Source: Squalus acanthias (taxonomy: Eukaryota). From it: DNA of 64,000 nt. Made by a program: the position numbers and the translations under genes. The stretch lies in assembly GCA_030390025.1 (NCBI GenBank), contig CM059431.1, forward strand, positions 124,312,001 to 124,376,000. The letters are read 5' to 3'. Below are positions 38,295 through 51,525 of the stretch, piece after piece; the first letter of the stretch is position 1, and each line of letters begins with the position of its first letter. The notes beneath the pieces were generated by a model. The model ran no database searches. It was not told the origin of the DNA and was given only the letters and a program-made list of their open reading frames with translations.

Positions 38295-39299
38295 CTAATT
38301 TCATTCTAGGAGCCTGATTTAAATATGTTAATAAGTGTCCCGCCTCTTCACGGCAGTACACTCGGACACCCTGATATCGACCGCTGTAAAGATGGCAGCT
38401 GCCACGAACGCAGTGGGTTGGGGATGTGTTCCGCAAATTTCACATTTCCACCCCCAACCCTCTCCCGCCCGTCGTGGGAGAAGATTTTAATGCCGACCCC
38501 ATGATCTTCGAATATTACTTTAGTCTGCTAATTGCTGGGATTTTTTTAGCGATTAAATCTTTTTTGAATTGCATCCATTTAATTCCCAGACTTGTGTAAT
38601 ATTATGAAATGTTTCAACGAAGAGGAACTACAATTGTAAATCAGAATATAGCTCAATGCCACTCTTGGTGCATTATTTTTCACTAAGCGTTAACCCTTGC
38701 AAATGTTCTTACTGATAAATGGCTGATCTTCAAGAGAGAGAGGATATAGTGTGCCAGCCAGAGGCAGTTTATTGGGCAAACATATCAGATCATCAATCTC
38801 CTACAATTTACAGACCAAAATATTTCTTAAATTAGTTGCTCCTAGCTGCCTTCTGCAAATATGTAATGGTACACTTTTAAGCCTCCTTCAGTGATTTTAC
38901 AGTGTTATATAAATGTAGATATAGTACCAAATAATTTAGTTACACAGATTTATTTATCAGTGGGAATTAAAAGTGACAGCGTTATAAACAAATAATAATT
39001 ATGGCAGAATATTCATTTTAATTATTGTAACAAGGCCAAAAAGGAAACCTGGCAAAGGGGAAAACCTTTCACAAGATTTAATATATAATTGACCTAAGGA
39101 CATTGTAGACAGTTCAGTTTATGAAAACTAGTCAACTTTTAGCCCTACATATTTAAATATTCTATCTAAATGCTTAAAAATGAACTCATAAAGTGAGATC
39201 AAATTTTATTGTAAGCAATTAGATCACCCTTGGTGTTGCTCACTGGTATGCCATATATGAGCTGGGTTGCAGAGTAGTCAGATCAGGAATGAAGTAAGG

Positions 39300-39960
39300 C
39301 CCTACCATTGGTTGATGGTGCAGGCAGAAAACTGAATCCTGAAAAAGCTAAACTTACAGTTCTATTTATCCACTCCTCAAAACTGTCAGAGTGCGTGAAA
39401 ACATTTCTTCCCACACAGTTAGCTGCACATGCAGTGTCATTCCCGTTTGAAGAAATAGTATCTGAGTGTAACAGTATTGCAATATTTTGAGAATGTACAT
39501 AAAGCTGAAACTACATAAAATGAGCATTTCCCAACTTTTACTGATCTCTGTTTCCATATCGCCTCCAACCTCGCCCTCTCCCACAGGTTCTCTCATGATT
39601 TGCAGCGACTCCTCTTCGTGTGTACTCAGGTTTTCAGTGCTGTTGCTCCTTTCCCAGTTGTGTTTCAGTGGTGCTTGTTGTAGGTGAGCTATTTCTTTTG
39701 GAAGCAGAGAAGTCAATTTTAACGGCATGTGAGTGGTATTGAGATTTAGCCCCAAATGAGGAATATGATGATGAAATGTGGAGGTGCATAGTTCCGTTAA
39801 ATGAAGTGTCCTTGAAGAATAGTAATAGGTGTTGTGGCTTGCAATGTGAGTTGCCAGAGTGGTCTTGCGTATAGAATGTGCTTGTAAGTTTGCAGAGGTT
39901 TCCCTTTGCAAAAGTGAATTCCCCTGTCATCCGGTTTCTTAGAGAGAAATGTACTAGAGG
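39300..39960 (-). pseudogene. Possible highly decayed Harbinger Myb-like gene remnant
   Basis: KEIAH..LSTHEEESLQIMRE..EVGGDME resembles exon 2 (EKRAHN..LTNAEEVALEIVG..VGDG). Confidence 0.35.
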
Positions 39961-40578
39961 TAAGAAGATGAAGAAGGTTCTATGAGTGGTTGAGCATGTG
40001 TATTGGCAAGATAACCTTGACTTACCTTGACTTACATAGAATTACATAGAGTACAGCATAGAAATAGGCCATTCGTCCCAACAGGTCCATGCCAGTGTTT
40101 ATGCTCTACACAAGCCTTCTTCCACCCCTCTTCATCTAACCCTTTCAGCATTACCTTCTAGTAATTTCTCCCTTCTGTTTATCTGGCTTTCGCTTAAATA
40201 TAACTATGCTATTCGCCTCAACTAATCCCTGTGGTAGTAAGTTCCACTCTCTGGGTAAAAAAGTTCCTCCTGAATTTCCCATTGGATTTATTGGTGACTA
40301 ACTTATATTTATGGCCCTTAGTTTTGGACAGCCCCACAAGTGGAAACATTTTCACTACATCTAACCTATCAAACCCCTTCATAATTTTAACGACCTCCAT
40401 TAGGTAACCCCTCAGTCTTCTCTTTTCTCGAGAAAAGAGCGCCAGCTTGTTCAATCTTTCCTGATAGGTATAACCTCTTGTTTTGGTATCATCCTTGTAA
40501 ATCTTTTTTGCACCTTCTCCATATCTCTATATCCTTTTATTATAATATGGAGACTAGAACTATGCACAGTACTCAAGT

Positions 40579-41354
40579 CTTCTTCTTCTTCTTCTTAGGC
40601 AGTCCCTCGGAGCCGAAGATGACTTGCTTCCACATTAAAAATGAGTTCTCAGGTGACTGATGAGTCCAATACGGGACCTACAGTCTCTGTCACAGGTGGG
40701 GCAGACGGTGGTTGAAGGGGCGGGTGGGTGGGGTGCTTGGGTTGACGTGCGCTCCTTCCGCTGTTTGCGCTTGGCTTCTGCTTGCTCCCGGCGAAGAGAC
40801 TCGAGGTATTCGGCGCCTTCCCAGATGCTTCTCCTCCAATTTGTACGGTCTTGGGCCAGTGATTCCCAGGTGTCGGTGGGGATGTTACACTTTTTCAAGG
40901 AGGCTTTGAGGGTGTCCTAAAAGTGTTTCCTCTGCCCACCTGGGGCTCTCTTGCCGTGTCGGAGCTTCGAGTAGAGCGTTTGTTTTGGGAGTCTCACATC
41001 GGGCATGCGGACGATGTGACCTGTCCATCGGAGCTGATCGAGCGTGGTCAAAGCTTCGATGCTGGGGATGTTGGCCTGAGCGAGAAACCGGATGACAGGG
41101 GAATTCACTTTTGCAAAGGGAAACCTCTGCAAACATACAAGCACATTCTGACGTTGGTGCGCCTATCCTGCCAATGGATTTGCAGGATCTTGCGGAGGCA
41201 GCGTTGGTGGTACCTCTCCAGTGCTTTGAGGTGCCTGCTGTACATGGTCCATGTCTCTGAGGAATATAGGAGGGCGGGTAACACTACTGCTCTGTATACC
41301 ATGAGCTTGGTGCCGGGTTTGAGGTCCTGTTCTTCAAGCACTCTCTTCCTCAGG
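40579..41354 (-). mobile_element. RTE-clade LINE 3' fragment
   Basis: TKLMVYRAVVLPALLYSSETWT, QLRWTGHIVRMPD.RLPKQ.LY, CPTCDRDCRSRIGLISHLRTH; (GAA)n tail; TSD CTCAAGT. Confidence 0.92.
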
Positions 41355-42749
41355 CTCAAGTATGCAATTGTGGTCTAACCAAGGTTCTATATAAGTTGAA
41401 CATAACCTCTCTGCTTTTGAATTCTATCCCTCTAGAAATGAACCCCAGTGCTTTGTTTGCTTTTTCTACAGCCTTATTAACCTGCGTCGCTACTTTTAGT
41501 GATTTGTGCATCTGTATCCCTAGATCTCTCTGCTGCCCTACCCCATTTACACACTTATTTTCTAAGGAGTATGTGGCCTCCTTATTCTTCTTACCAAAAT
41601 GCACAACCTCAAACTTATCGATATTGAAATTAATTTTCCAATTAAATGGCATTGTGCAAGTTTATTAATGCCTTCTTGCATTTTGTCTAAATCCTCCTCA
41701 GTATTCACTATACCCCCAACATGGTGTTGTCCTCAAATTTTGAAATTGTACTTCTGTTTCTCAAGTCCAAATTGTTTATTTAAATGGTGAACAACAGTGG
41801 TCCCAGCACCGATCCCTGTGGAACACCACTTCCCACCTTTTGCCAGTCTGAGTAGTTACCCTTACCCCTACTCTCTGTTTCCTGTTTTGTAGCCAGCTTG
41901 CTATCCATTCTGCTACTTGTCCACTGACTCCACATGCTCTGACCTTAGTCATGAGTTGACCTTATTAAAAACCTTTTAAAAATCCAAATATATTACATCT
42001 ACTACATTAACCTGGTCTTTCTGTTACTTTGTCAAAGAAGTCAATAAGGTTGGTCAAGCATGACTTTTCCTTTTGAAGTCCATGCTGATTATTCTTTACT
42101 ATATTTTTGGTTTCTAGATGTTTTTCTATTACATCCTTGAGTAAATACTCCATTATCTGTCCTACCACTGATGTTAAGCTAACTGGTCGATAGTTCCCTG
42201 GGCTTGTTCTATCTCCCTTTTTAAATATAGGAATAACATTAGCTGTCTGCCAGTCCTCTGGCACTATTCCCTTTTCTAATTAATTTTTATATATATGTAA
42301 TTCAGACTTAGGGTTTTATCTTCTCTAAGTTTGGTTAGTTTATTAATTATCTCCTCCCTTTCTATCTTGAATGTCTTTATATCTTTTTTAATTTCTACTT
42401 CTAATGCAATTTCCACTTTGTTAGTCTCCCTGGTAAATATTGAGGCAAAGTAACTATTCAATATTTTTGCCATTTTGGTGTCATTACCTGTGAGTTTATC
42501 TTATGACTCCCTTAGTGGCCCTATACCTATCCTGATGTTTCTTTTATTATTATGATATGTCTGTAGAATATTTTACTTTTTTTTATATTCCTTGATCATT
42601 TAATTTAGTGGTTCTTCTTTGCCTTCCTAATTGTTTTTTGACTTCTTTTCTAACCTCTTTGTATTCACTTTTGTCATCCTCTCATTTGTTTTCTGGGGCC
42701 GGAATTTTGTTTACCTGGGCAGGTTGGGTACGGGTGGCCAGCGTGGCCA

Positions 42750-43298
42750 GAGGTTGTGTAGATTGGGACTCTACTCATTGGAGTTCAGAAGAATGAGAGG
42801 CGATCTTATTGAAACATATAAGATTGTGAAGGGGCTTGATCGGGTGGACGCGGTGAGGATGTTCCCAATGATGGGTGAAACTAGAACTAGGGTACATAAT
42901 CTTCGAATAAGGGGCTGCTCTTTCAAAACTGAGATGAGGAGAAACTTTTTCACTCAGAGGGTAGTGGGTCTGTGAATTTGTTACCCCAAGAAGCTGTGGA
43001 AGCTACTTCATTAAATAAATTTAAAACAGAAATAGACCGTTTCCTAGAAGTAAAGGGAATTAGGGGTTACGGGGAGCGGGCTGGAGATTGGACATGAGTT
43101 TGAGTTCGGATCGGTCAAGGCCCTGTGGGTGGCGGAGCGGGCCCAGGGGCCGAGTGGCCTGGTCCTGCTCCTACTTCTTGTGTTCTTTAGAGTTGAGGTT
43201 GGATCAGATCAGCCATGATCTCATTGAATGGCGGAGCAGGCTCGAGGGGCCGATTGGTCTACTCCTGCTCCTATTTCTTATGTTCTTATGTTCTTATG
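42750..43298 (+). mobile_element. CR1 3' fragment inside Harbinger 3
   Basis: RLGLYSLEFRRMRGDLIETYKIVKG; (TTCTTATG)n tail. Confidence 0.88.
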
Positions 43299-43533
43299 AC
43301 CCTGTTCCTCATTTCATGCCGCTCCTCAGAGCGACTTTCCCTTAATGGGGCCTATTAAGGCAGCCCTGCATGTTACCCGGCACTATTATATGGTGCGGGT
43401 CTGATGATGTCATCGATGACTCATTATCAGCTGAGATATTTAAAAGAACCTTGGCCATATTGCATTTGAAGATTCATCTAGGATTGTGCAGGCACTGTAT
43501 TGGAGCATTTGGGTGTTGCTAAGCCTTGGAAAC

Positions 43534-45451
43534 ATGATTGCACAGTGGCAGAGGGCTGCACCCAGGTTCTCAGCTGACTCCTTCCATGTGCTTGTGGATT
43601 AATTATATCCTCCCTTTCTATTTTAAATGTCTTTGTATCTCCATGTGCTTGTGGAGGGAGTCAGAGCATGCAGGGAGGTCGTCTTTCCTTCTGATGGGTG
43701 GAAGAGACCTCCCCAGGAGACAAAATGAGCTGACTAGAGATTACAGAGGAGGTCAACAGCAGGGATGTGGTCAGCCGGACCTGGGTACAGTGCCGGAAAT
43801 GCTTCAATAATCTCATTAGATCACGAAAGGTGAGTGTTACGCCAAACTCATCCTGCTGTGCCTCTCATCACATCCCCATCACTCTGCCTTCCCGAACCTG
43901 CTCCTGTGCATCATTACTCACACCAACATACGTTGCACATCCACCAATCCCTCTCTATCTACATTATCACATCCCCATCTGAATAACCATCCCTCACACT
44001 CACCTTCATCCTAATGCAATCATACCAACTAACAACACACAAGGAGGCCATTTGGCATTGGCACCCCACTCCATCATAGTCTACCTCTAAAGATGTTACC
44101 CATCCATTCCTTACACTCATTCCAACACTCTCATTGAAACTTCTCTTCTTTCCCTCCTTGCAGGAGAAGAGAGCCCACAATAAGAGGGAAAGGGAGAGAA
44201 CTGGAGGTGGCCCTCCATCATTGGCGACGTTAAATGCAGCAGAGGAGGTCGCCCTGGAAGTATCAGCAGTCGCACAGCAGCTCGCGGTGGGAGACAGAGA
44301 GAGGCAGACATCTCAGCAACCTGGTAACAGAATTACATCTCATACAGCCACATGGCATACAGTAGTCACTCAGATGGGAAATGATGTCAGCAGCCAGTGA
44401 ATGTTCATCATGTGCATAATTGTATCTTTGCCCATTCTTGATATGACATTTCTAAATCATCTCTTTACTCTCCCACAGGTCCATCAAGAGACTCCCCCAC
44501 TGTCCAGCAGGAAGAGGAAGACGACTCCTCAGAGCCTTTAACTTCTGAGGGTACACTGTCACCAGACATAAGCGCACCCAGCAGCAGCGCAGATGCTTAC
44601 ACCTCGGTGGGTACACGCGAGTTAGAGTAGTGTTGCCACCTGGTGTGTCACACATCACAAGTGAGCAAGAGGAGATGGTGGAGACAGGGGCAGCAGTGGA
44701 GACTCCTCGCCGGAGGGCACAGGATGCTTCTAGCTCTGCTCAGCTGCATGAAAACACTGAGCCTCGGGGGCCATTGAGAACGAGAGTGATCCTGGAGATG
44801 CAGGAAGAAGTGCAGGAGGCTTTGACAGGTTTTGCGACCTCGATGTCAGAAAATGTGCAGAGAATGGAGGAGTCCATCTCCAAGATGAGCACCACCATGT
44901 CGCAGGTGATGGCGACACTAGGTTCTTCCATGGACAGGGTGGCCACCTGCATGGAGCAGCTAATGCACCACTCACATGAGCACATGCTCTCTATGGAGAA
45001 TAGATGGCAGAGGCTTATAGACCTCCTTTCTAGGAGGGATGTCAACATAGCCTTGGGTCCTCATGGCCCCACTGCTGTGCAGCAAGGTGCGCTCCAGCTC
45101 CTTGCTAGCACGGAAGTGCGGGTGGCCCATGAGAGAGATGACGGTGAGAGGGGACATGGAAGTGGGGGCTCCTCTCAAAGCACTCACAATTCTTCCCCAT
45201 TGCATCCCCCTCAGTCAGAGCCCCACATACCTCCTGAGATCGCGATGGCCGAGTCTACCCCTGCACAGTCGCAGGAGGAGCAGACTTTGGTGGGGGGGGG
45301 GGCACCACAGGCTCCAAGACCCAGAGGACATCCACCAAAAGTTTCTAATGAGTCGCAGCAGGGAAGTGAGCAGGCTGCCTCTACCTCTGCTGAAGCCACA
45401 GGGGTTGCACCTCGTAGAAGCATGCGTAGGAGAAAGATGAGACACAAGTAG
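43534..45451 (+). pseudogene. Myb/SANT-like gene of Harbinger 3; exons 43534-43829, 44164-44323, 44479-45451
   Basis: RTWVQCRKCFNNL, EKRAHNKRERERTGGGPP, 273-aa open stretch ending PRRSMRRRKMRHK; GT-AG introns; exon 1 disrupted. Confidence 0.88.
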
Positions 45452-45669
45452 ATGCACAAGGGTAAGCACTTGGGTGTTTTAATAACTTTCCGGTCATGGC
45501 CAATTCTGTCTGCAACTTTGGAAGTGGCTTAGTGAGTTGGAGTGAATGGTGAGACATAATGTTACCTCCAGCAATGGTGGTCAGTTTGAAAGGAATGGCC
45601 TGGTCATTATAGGGATGCTTTATGGTGTCGTTTGTTGTTGGGAGCCTGGCACAGCATATGGGTGTAATG

Positions 45670-46880
45670 GCTGAAGTTAAGCAAATCTGGCCTCCCGGGC
45701 AGCAATGCGCTCGGGTGCTGGTGGGATCTGGATTGCAGGTTCCTCCTGCTCCTCCTCCTCGTCTTCCAGCTGATGCTCCTCCTCCTTCTGAAGAGGCTGT
45801 GTGCTCAGAGCCTTGCTCCTCATGCAACGCTAATCCTCACTGCTGTGCTATGTTGCGCAGGGCGCAGCAGACCACAACAATTCTAGAGACCCTCGCTGGT
45901 GCATACTGAAGGGCTCCTCCAGATCTGTCAAGACATCTGAAGCGTATTTTCAGCCTGCCTATTATCTGCTCCATGACACATCTGGTGGAAATGTGGCTTT
46001 CATTATACCTCTCTATGGCCTCAGTACTTGGCATGAGTCATGAGCCACGTCTTCAGTGGATAGCCCTTGTCTCCAAACAGCCAACCGGAAAGTCTATTTG
46101 GAGGTGCGAAGAGCTGAGGGATGGTGGACTGGCACAAGATGAAAGAGCCATGGCAGCTACCAGGGAATATGGCACACACATGCATAATGATCTTCCTATG
46201 GTTGCAGACGAGCTGCACATTGAGGGAGTGGAAGTCCTTGTGTTGACAAACACTCCTGGGTGATGATGGGGTGCCCTGAAGGCCACATGTGTGCAGTCGA
46301 TGACACCAAGCACCCATGGGAAGCCAACCAGAGCGGCAAAGCCATGCGCCTGCTGAGTAACACTGATGTCATCAGTGGCAAAGTTGATATTATTGGCTGA
46401 CTTGTCAAAGAGCGCATCGATGACTTGTGTGATGCGTCTGTGGGTGGCCGACTGTTAGATGCCACAAATGTCTGCTGCGGATCCCTGGAAGGAGCCTGAG
46501 GCGAAGAAGTTGAAGGTGCTGGTGACTTTGACAGCCACTGGCAAGGTGTGTCACCCCGCTCCTCTGGGCTGCAGGTCTTGCTCCAGCAATGTGCAAATGT
46601 CTGTGATGACCTGGCGTGATAGCCTGAGCCTCCTTTGGCACTGCTGCTCCGTCATGTTGAGGAAGCTCATCCTCTGCCTGTATACCCTGTGTTGGGGGTA
46701 TTGCCTCCAGCATGGTGCAGCCCTGTGCTGATGCCCTCTGTCCTGTGCAGCATCAGGTCGTTGAGGAGAAGGTTGGTGGTGTTGTTAGGGCTGCTGGTGT
46801 GCCTGGTGCTTCTGGTGTTGAGGCTCAACATGGTCTGATTCTGAGGACCAAGGTGAGACAATATAAACAGCAACCATGCT
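45670..46880 (-). pseudogene. HARBI1-type transposase of Harbinger 3
   Basis: [48 protein letters not shown]; several frameshifts. Confidence 0.9.
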
Positions 46881-47666
46881 GATGTAATAGATGGAAGGTC
46901 AAGTAGAGATGAGAGAAGCAATGTGTCAATGGTGTGATAGGTTGTACCAATGAGGTGACAGTGGTTCCCGAATTTGCAACCTCTAGAAAGCTAAATCTGT
47001 GCTGACAATACACTCAGCACTAGCCTCTGCCTTAGGAAAGTAACCAGGTGTCAACTGGGAGTATTTATTGTGCTTTCCAGGCTGTGCAGTAATGAGTTCC
47101 ATCAATGGCCACTGAACTTCTGCCTCAGGTTCACAGATGCGTGATTCCCGTGGTCATGCAGTGAAATTGGAAAGGTAGGGTTAAAAAGATGCTTAAGCAT
47201 CTAACAACTACCTAATAATTATCAAATTAGGTTGGCCACCTCTGCTGTTCGGGTCGCGATTGCGCTGGCCAACGCGTACGAGTAAAATGCGCAAGGAGGC
47301 AGGATGACGGCGGGTTTCCGACCCGCTCCGATTTATTTCAACTTTCACTCCCGACCTGCCTCCAATCTCGCACGCGTGGCAGCAGGAAAATTCTGGCCTA
47401 TGTATTTAGTGTAAGCCTATTTTCTTGCCCTTATTTTTTTATTAATCCATGGTGTCTCATTATTGGTTAGTTTTTTTCTTGTTTTTAGAGGAATATATTT
47501 GTCCTGGACTCTATTGATCACCATTTTAAATATTTCCTGCCGCTGTTCTCACACACTGGGTAAGAATGGAGTCCTGTACACACTGTAAAAACTCCATTCC
47601 CTTTACCTACCTTTTCTTGCTAGTTTATTTAGGGGTAGTTGAAATCGCCCATGATTATTATTCTAT

Positions 47667-50314
47667 GGGCTAGAAATTCATTATAGCCCAGGAATGGGCG
47701 GTATCTTTAGAAAAGTTTGAGAATTAGGGCCAGGTGCTAATGCTTTAGATTGCAAGCAAAATTCATTCTCACTGCTCAAAGAAATGATTGGGGCTGTAAA
47801 TCAATTATTAAAGGCCTAGCTCAGTGGTGTTACACTGTACGGGGGGACCAATATCAGATGTAGTCTAATTGCAACTCATCAGTGCCACAGGCTTTTCCCA
47901 GTACTTAAAGGGGAAGCACAACAAGGAGAAGGAGCCGGAGGACTGAAGCAGGTGTGCTCATGGCAGATCCACCTCAGTCGTGTGGTCAGGGTGATTGAAT
48001 GCTTCAACAAATTCTACATACCACCATCTGTACCACAAGCTTCACACACTGCCCAAAGCACCACACCCCAGCGCTCACCCACCAACAATCTCTACCTACC
48101 AACACTCACACCCACATCTCATGCCTTGCACACAATGACAGCTATTTAACTATGCCAGGCACAAGGGTCATTAGTAATTAGAATGAAAGGGATATGTGTG
48201 ATTTTTTTTAAATTTGTTTTTATGGGATGTGGGTGTTGCTGGCAAAGCCAGCATTAATTGCCCATCCCTAATTGCCCTTGAGAAGGCCTTCTTGAACCAC
48301 TGCAGTCCTTGTGGTGAAAGCTCTGCCACAGGGCTGTTAGGTAGAGAGTTCCAGGATTTTGACCCAGTGACGATGAAGGATCGGCGATATACTTCTAAGT
48401 CAGGATGGTGTGTGACTTGGAGGGGAACTTGGAGGTGATGGTGTTCCCATGCGCCTGCTGCCCTTGACCTTCTAGGTGGAAGAGGTCACGGGTTTGGGAG
48501 GTGCTGCCGAAGAAGTCTTGGCAATTTGCTGCAGTGCATCTTGTAGATAGTACACACTGCAGCCACGGTACGCTGGTGGTGGAGGGAGTGAATGTTTAAG
48601 GTGGTGGATGGGGTGCCAATCAAGCGGGCTGCTTTGTCCTGGATGGTGTCGAGCTTCTTGAGTGTTGTTGTAGCTGCACTCATCCAGGCAAGTGGAGAGT
48701 ATTCCAGCACACTCCTTACTTGTGCCTTGTAGATGGTGGAAAGGCTTTGGGGAGTCAGAAGGTGAGACACTCGCCGCAGAATACCTAGCCTCTGACCTGC
48801 TCTTGATGCCACAGTATTTATGTGGCTGGTCCAGTTAAGTTTCTGATCAATGGTGACACCCAAGATGTTGATGGTGGGGGATTCGGTGTTAGTAATGCCA
48901 TTGAATGTCAAGGAGAGGTGGTTAGACTCTCGCTTGTTGGAGGTAGTCATTGCCTGGCACTTCTGTGGCGTGAATGTTACCTGCCACTTATCAGCCCAAG
49001 CCTGAACGTCATTCACGTCTTGTTGCATGCGGGCATGGATTCCTTCATTATCTGAGGAGTTGTGAATGGCGCTGAACACTGTGCAGTCATCAGTGAACAT
49101 CCCCATTTCTGACTTTATTTTGGAGAGAAGGTCATTGATGAAGCAGCTGAAGATGGTTGGGCCTAGGACACTGCCCTGAGGAACTCCTGCAGCGATGTCA
49201 TGGGGCTGTGAGGATTGACCTTCAACCACCACAACCATCTTCCTTTGTGCTAGGTATGACTCCAGCCACTGGAGCGTTTTCCCCCCGATTCCCATTGACT
49301 TCAGTTTTACTAGGGCTCCTTGATGCCACAATCGGTCAAATGCTGCCTTGATATCAAGGGCAGTCACTCTCACCTCACCTCTGGAAGTCAGCTCCTTTGT
49401 CCATGTTTGTGCATAAATTTATTAATGGAGTTTGCAATATTTTGTGGTTCATCTCATTTCACCTTTGTGCCCAGGAGGATGCTGTGATATGGCATGACAC
49501 AGGGATAGTATGATGGGCATGTGGTGAGCAAAAGGGATCTGGGGTTTAAGTCATCCTGGTGTGAGGCTGGAGGTCTGTTTGGAGAAGGTGGCAAAGTTCT
49601 GTAACCACCACCTTGGTGATGCGGAGCCATCTAATACACTGCTCCTCACTTAATTGAAGGTAGGAGAAGTGCTGTCAGAATACCCTCGGAGGGTAAGGCC
49701 TCCCGGTGAGAGCCTGATGCCCCGCCTCATCCCTCGGCACACATGTTCCCGTATTTCTCGCTGCCTACGCTCCCTCCGCCGTAGATCCTGGAGGTCGAGG
49801 TGGCATGCCAATACAGCCCTCATTAATGTTGCCAAGTGAAGCAGTTTGAATCTTTGAACAATAAATGTAGCTACTTTTTAATTGCCAGAAAACTGCTGAT
49901 ACAAAAGAAACTTGAAATTACTCATACAAACTGTTCCACCGTGTGAAACTGACAAAAAACCACTGAAACTAACCTGCCCTGACAGCTGCGAGTGATTAAT
50001 GCTGATGCCTTTAAATAACATCACTGGAGCCGACTTCCTGCAGCTGCACGCCAGCTCTCCCTGTCGCTGTCTATTCGAGGCGCTAAGGTAAGTGGCGACA
50101 ATGAATTTTCCAGATCAGGTGCACTCTCACTGACGTCACAATCTGCCTGGCGTTAAGGTCCCCAGTGGTACCTCATACCCGGGGGGGGGGGGGCGGGGGG
50201 GGGATTTGCCGTGCGGTGCTGGATTCACCTCACCCCGGTGCTACTGCATCAGAGCCCCGGTACAGCCATCTGTAGACGCTAACAGGTGACTCTAAGCTAC
50301 CAATTTTTTCCCCC
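47667..50314. mobile_element. Internally deleted Harbinger element with transposase N-terminal remnant (~49560-49835, minus strand)
   Basis: Ends GGGCTAGAAATT / AATTTTTTCCCCC; TSD TAT; minus strand reads PYPPRVF..FSYLQLSEEQCIRWLRITK..VTELCHLL. Confidence 0.7.
48205..49410 (-). mobile_element. CR1/L2-group LINE 3' part with 295-aa RT ORF (48486-49373)
   Basis: LDIKAAFDRLWH, GVPQGSVLGP, MFTDDC, WADKWQVTF. Confidence 0.92.
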
Positions 50315-50601
50315 TATGTCTTCCACTCATTTCATAGATTTACTTCCACATTTCTTCCTCCACCTCCCCTCCACTCTTAGGTGGTCTGTCGAATACCTCT
50401 ATTAGTGTGATCAATCCCTTCTTAACTTTCATCTCGATCCATATGGATTCTGATTCTATCTTGTTGATAGTTATTTCACTTTTTTCTACTGCCTTTATGT
50501 TATCTTTAATTAGTACAGCTACCCAGCCTCCCTATCTCTAACTTCCCTATCCTTTCTAAATATGTTATATATGTTATAACCTGCGACATTTAAAAGACCT
50601 G

Positions 50602-51198
50602 GGGGGGGAAATTGGGCTCGGCACCGCTAATGCCGCCTGCAAAATTCAGTGATGTCATCGCTGTGCACAGCGCCCCGGCTGCAAACTTCGGTTGAGCCCC
50701 CTGATCTATCGCTGGACGATATGTCCGACAGGGTCAGGGTCGTGTTATTGCAGCCGCGGTGGCGCAAGTTAAAGGGCAGGTGTCAGGCGGCCATTTCTTT
50801 TGGGCCAACTGCCAGCACCTGCCCCCTTTCCCTTTTTTATTTGAGGTGCCGACTGTGATCGCTCAGCCCGGCACTCCTCTTGAGTGCCGGGCTGCTTTCC
50901 CGGCACCCCGCTCCTCGGTGGTCCAGCAGGGCCCCGGTGCACACAGCGCTAAGGGGAGGGAAGCCTGTAATACCGCGGCGCTACGTGCCGACACGCGTGG
51001 CGCTGTTGGACGTAGCGCCGCGATATTCAGTTGTAGCGCCCCAGGAAGGAGGTGGAGCACTTCCAGTAGCGCCCCGCCTCCTGCTTGGGGTGCTACTACT
51101 GTATTTACGGCGCAGGGGTGCTAACTTTTTCAGGACGCTAAAAGTCGCGCCCCGGTGAAGTTAGCGCCCCAAATGGGGCGCCACCGAATTTCTCCCCC
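50602..51198. mobile_element. CpG-rich Harbinger-type MITE
   Basis: Ends GGGGGGGAAATTGGG / CCGAATTTCTCCCCC; TSD CTG; many AGCGCC/GGCGC motifs. Confidence 0.78.
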
Positions 51199-51525
51199 CT
51201 GTTCTTTTTGTAGACATATTTCAGTTACACCAACTAAATCTGGCTCTTTGCTACAGATTATTGCCTCCAGTTCCCCTGTTTTATTTTGGATGTTGTGCAC
51301 ATTTCTATACAGACAATTTCATTTATTTTTATTAGTCGTTTCTCTCACTTTATTTTTTACGGTATTTTTATAATTCTGTTCTATATCTGTATTTGTTCCC
51401 TGACTGTTTATGTTACCTTTATTTCTTACCTTAGTCTGACCTTTATTCTCATCTGCTGTTTGTTTTATCATTAGGCTCATGTTATTTCAACCAGATCTCT
51501 CCCCCACCCTCTGCCTTACTAATTT

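Larger units (their letters stand above)
30624..38500. mobile_element. PIF/Harbinger transposon 2 (older; ends approximate)
   Basis: Myb-like gene on + and transposase on -; GC-rich subterminal regions; TIRs poorly preserved. Confidence 0.75.
42696..47399. mobile_element. PIF/Harbinger transposon 3
   Basis: TIRs GGGCCGGAATTTT / AAAATTCTGGCCT; flanks CTG/ATG; convergent Myb-like and transposase genes. Confidence 0.9.
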
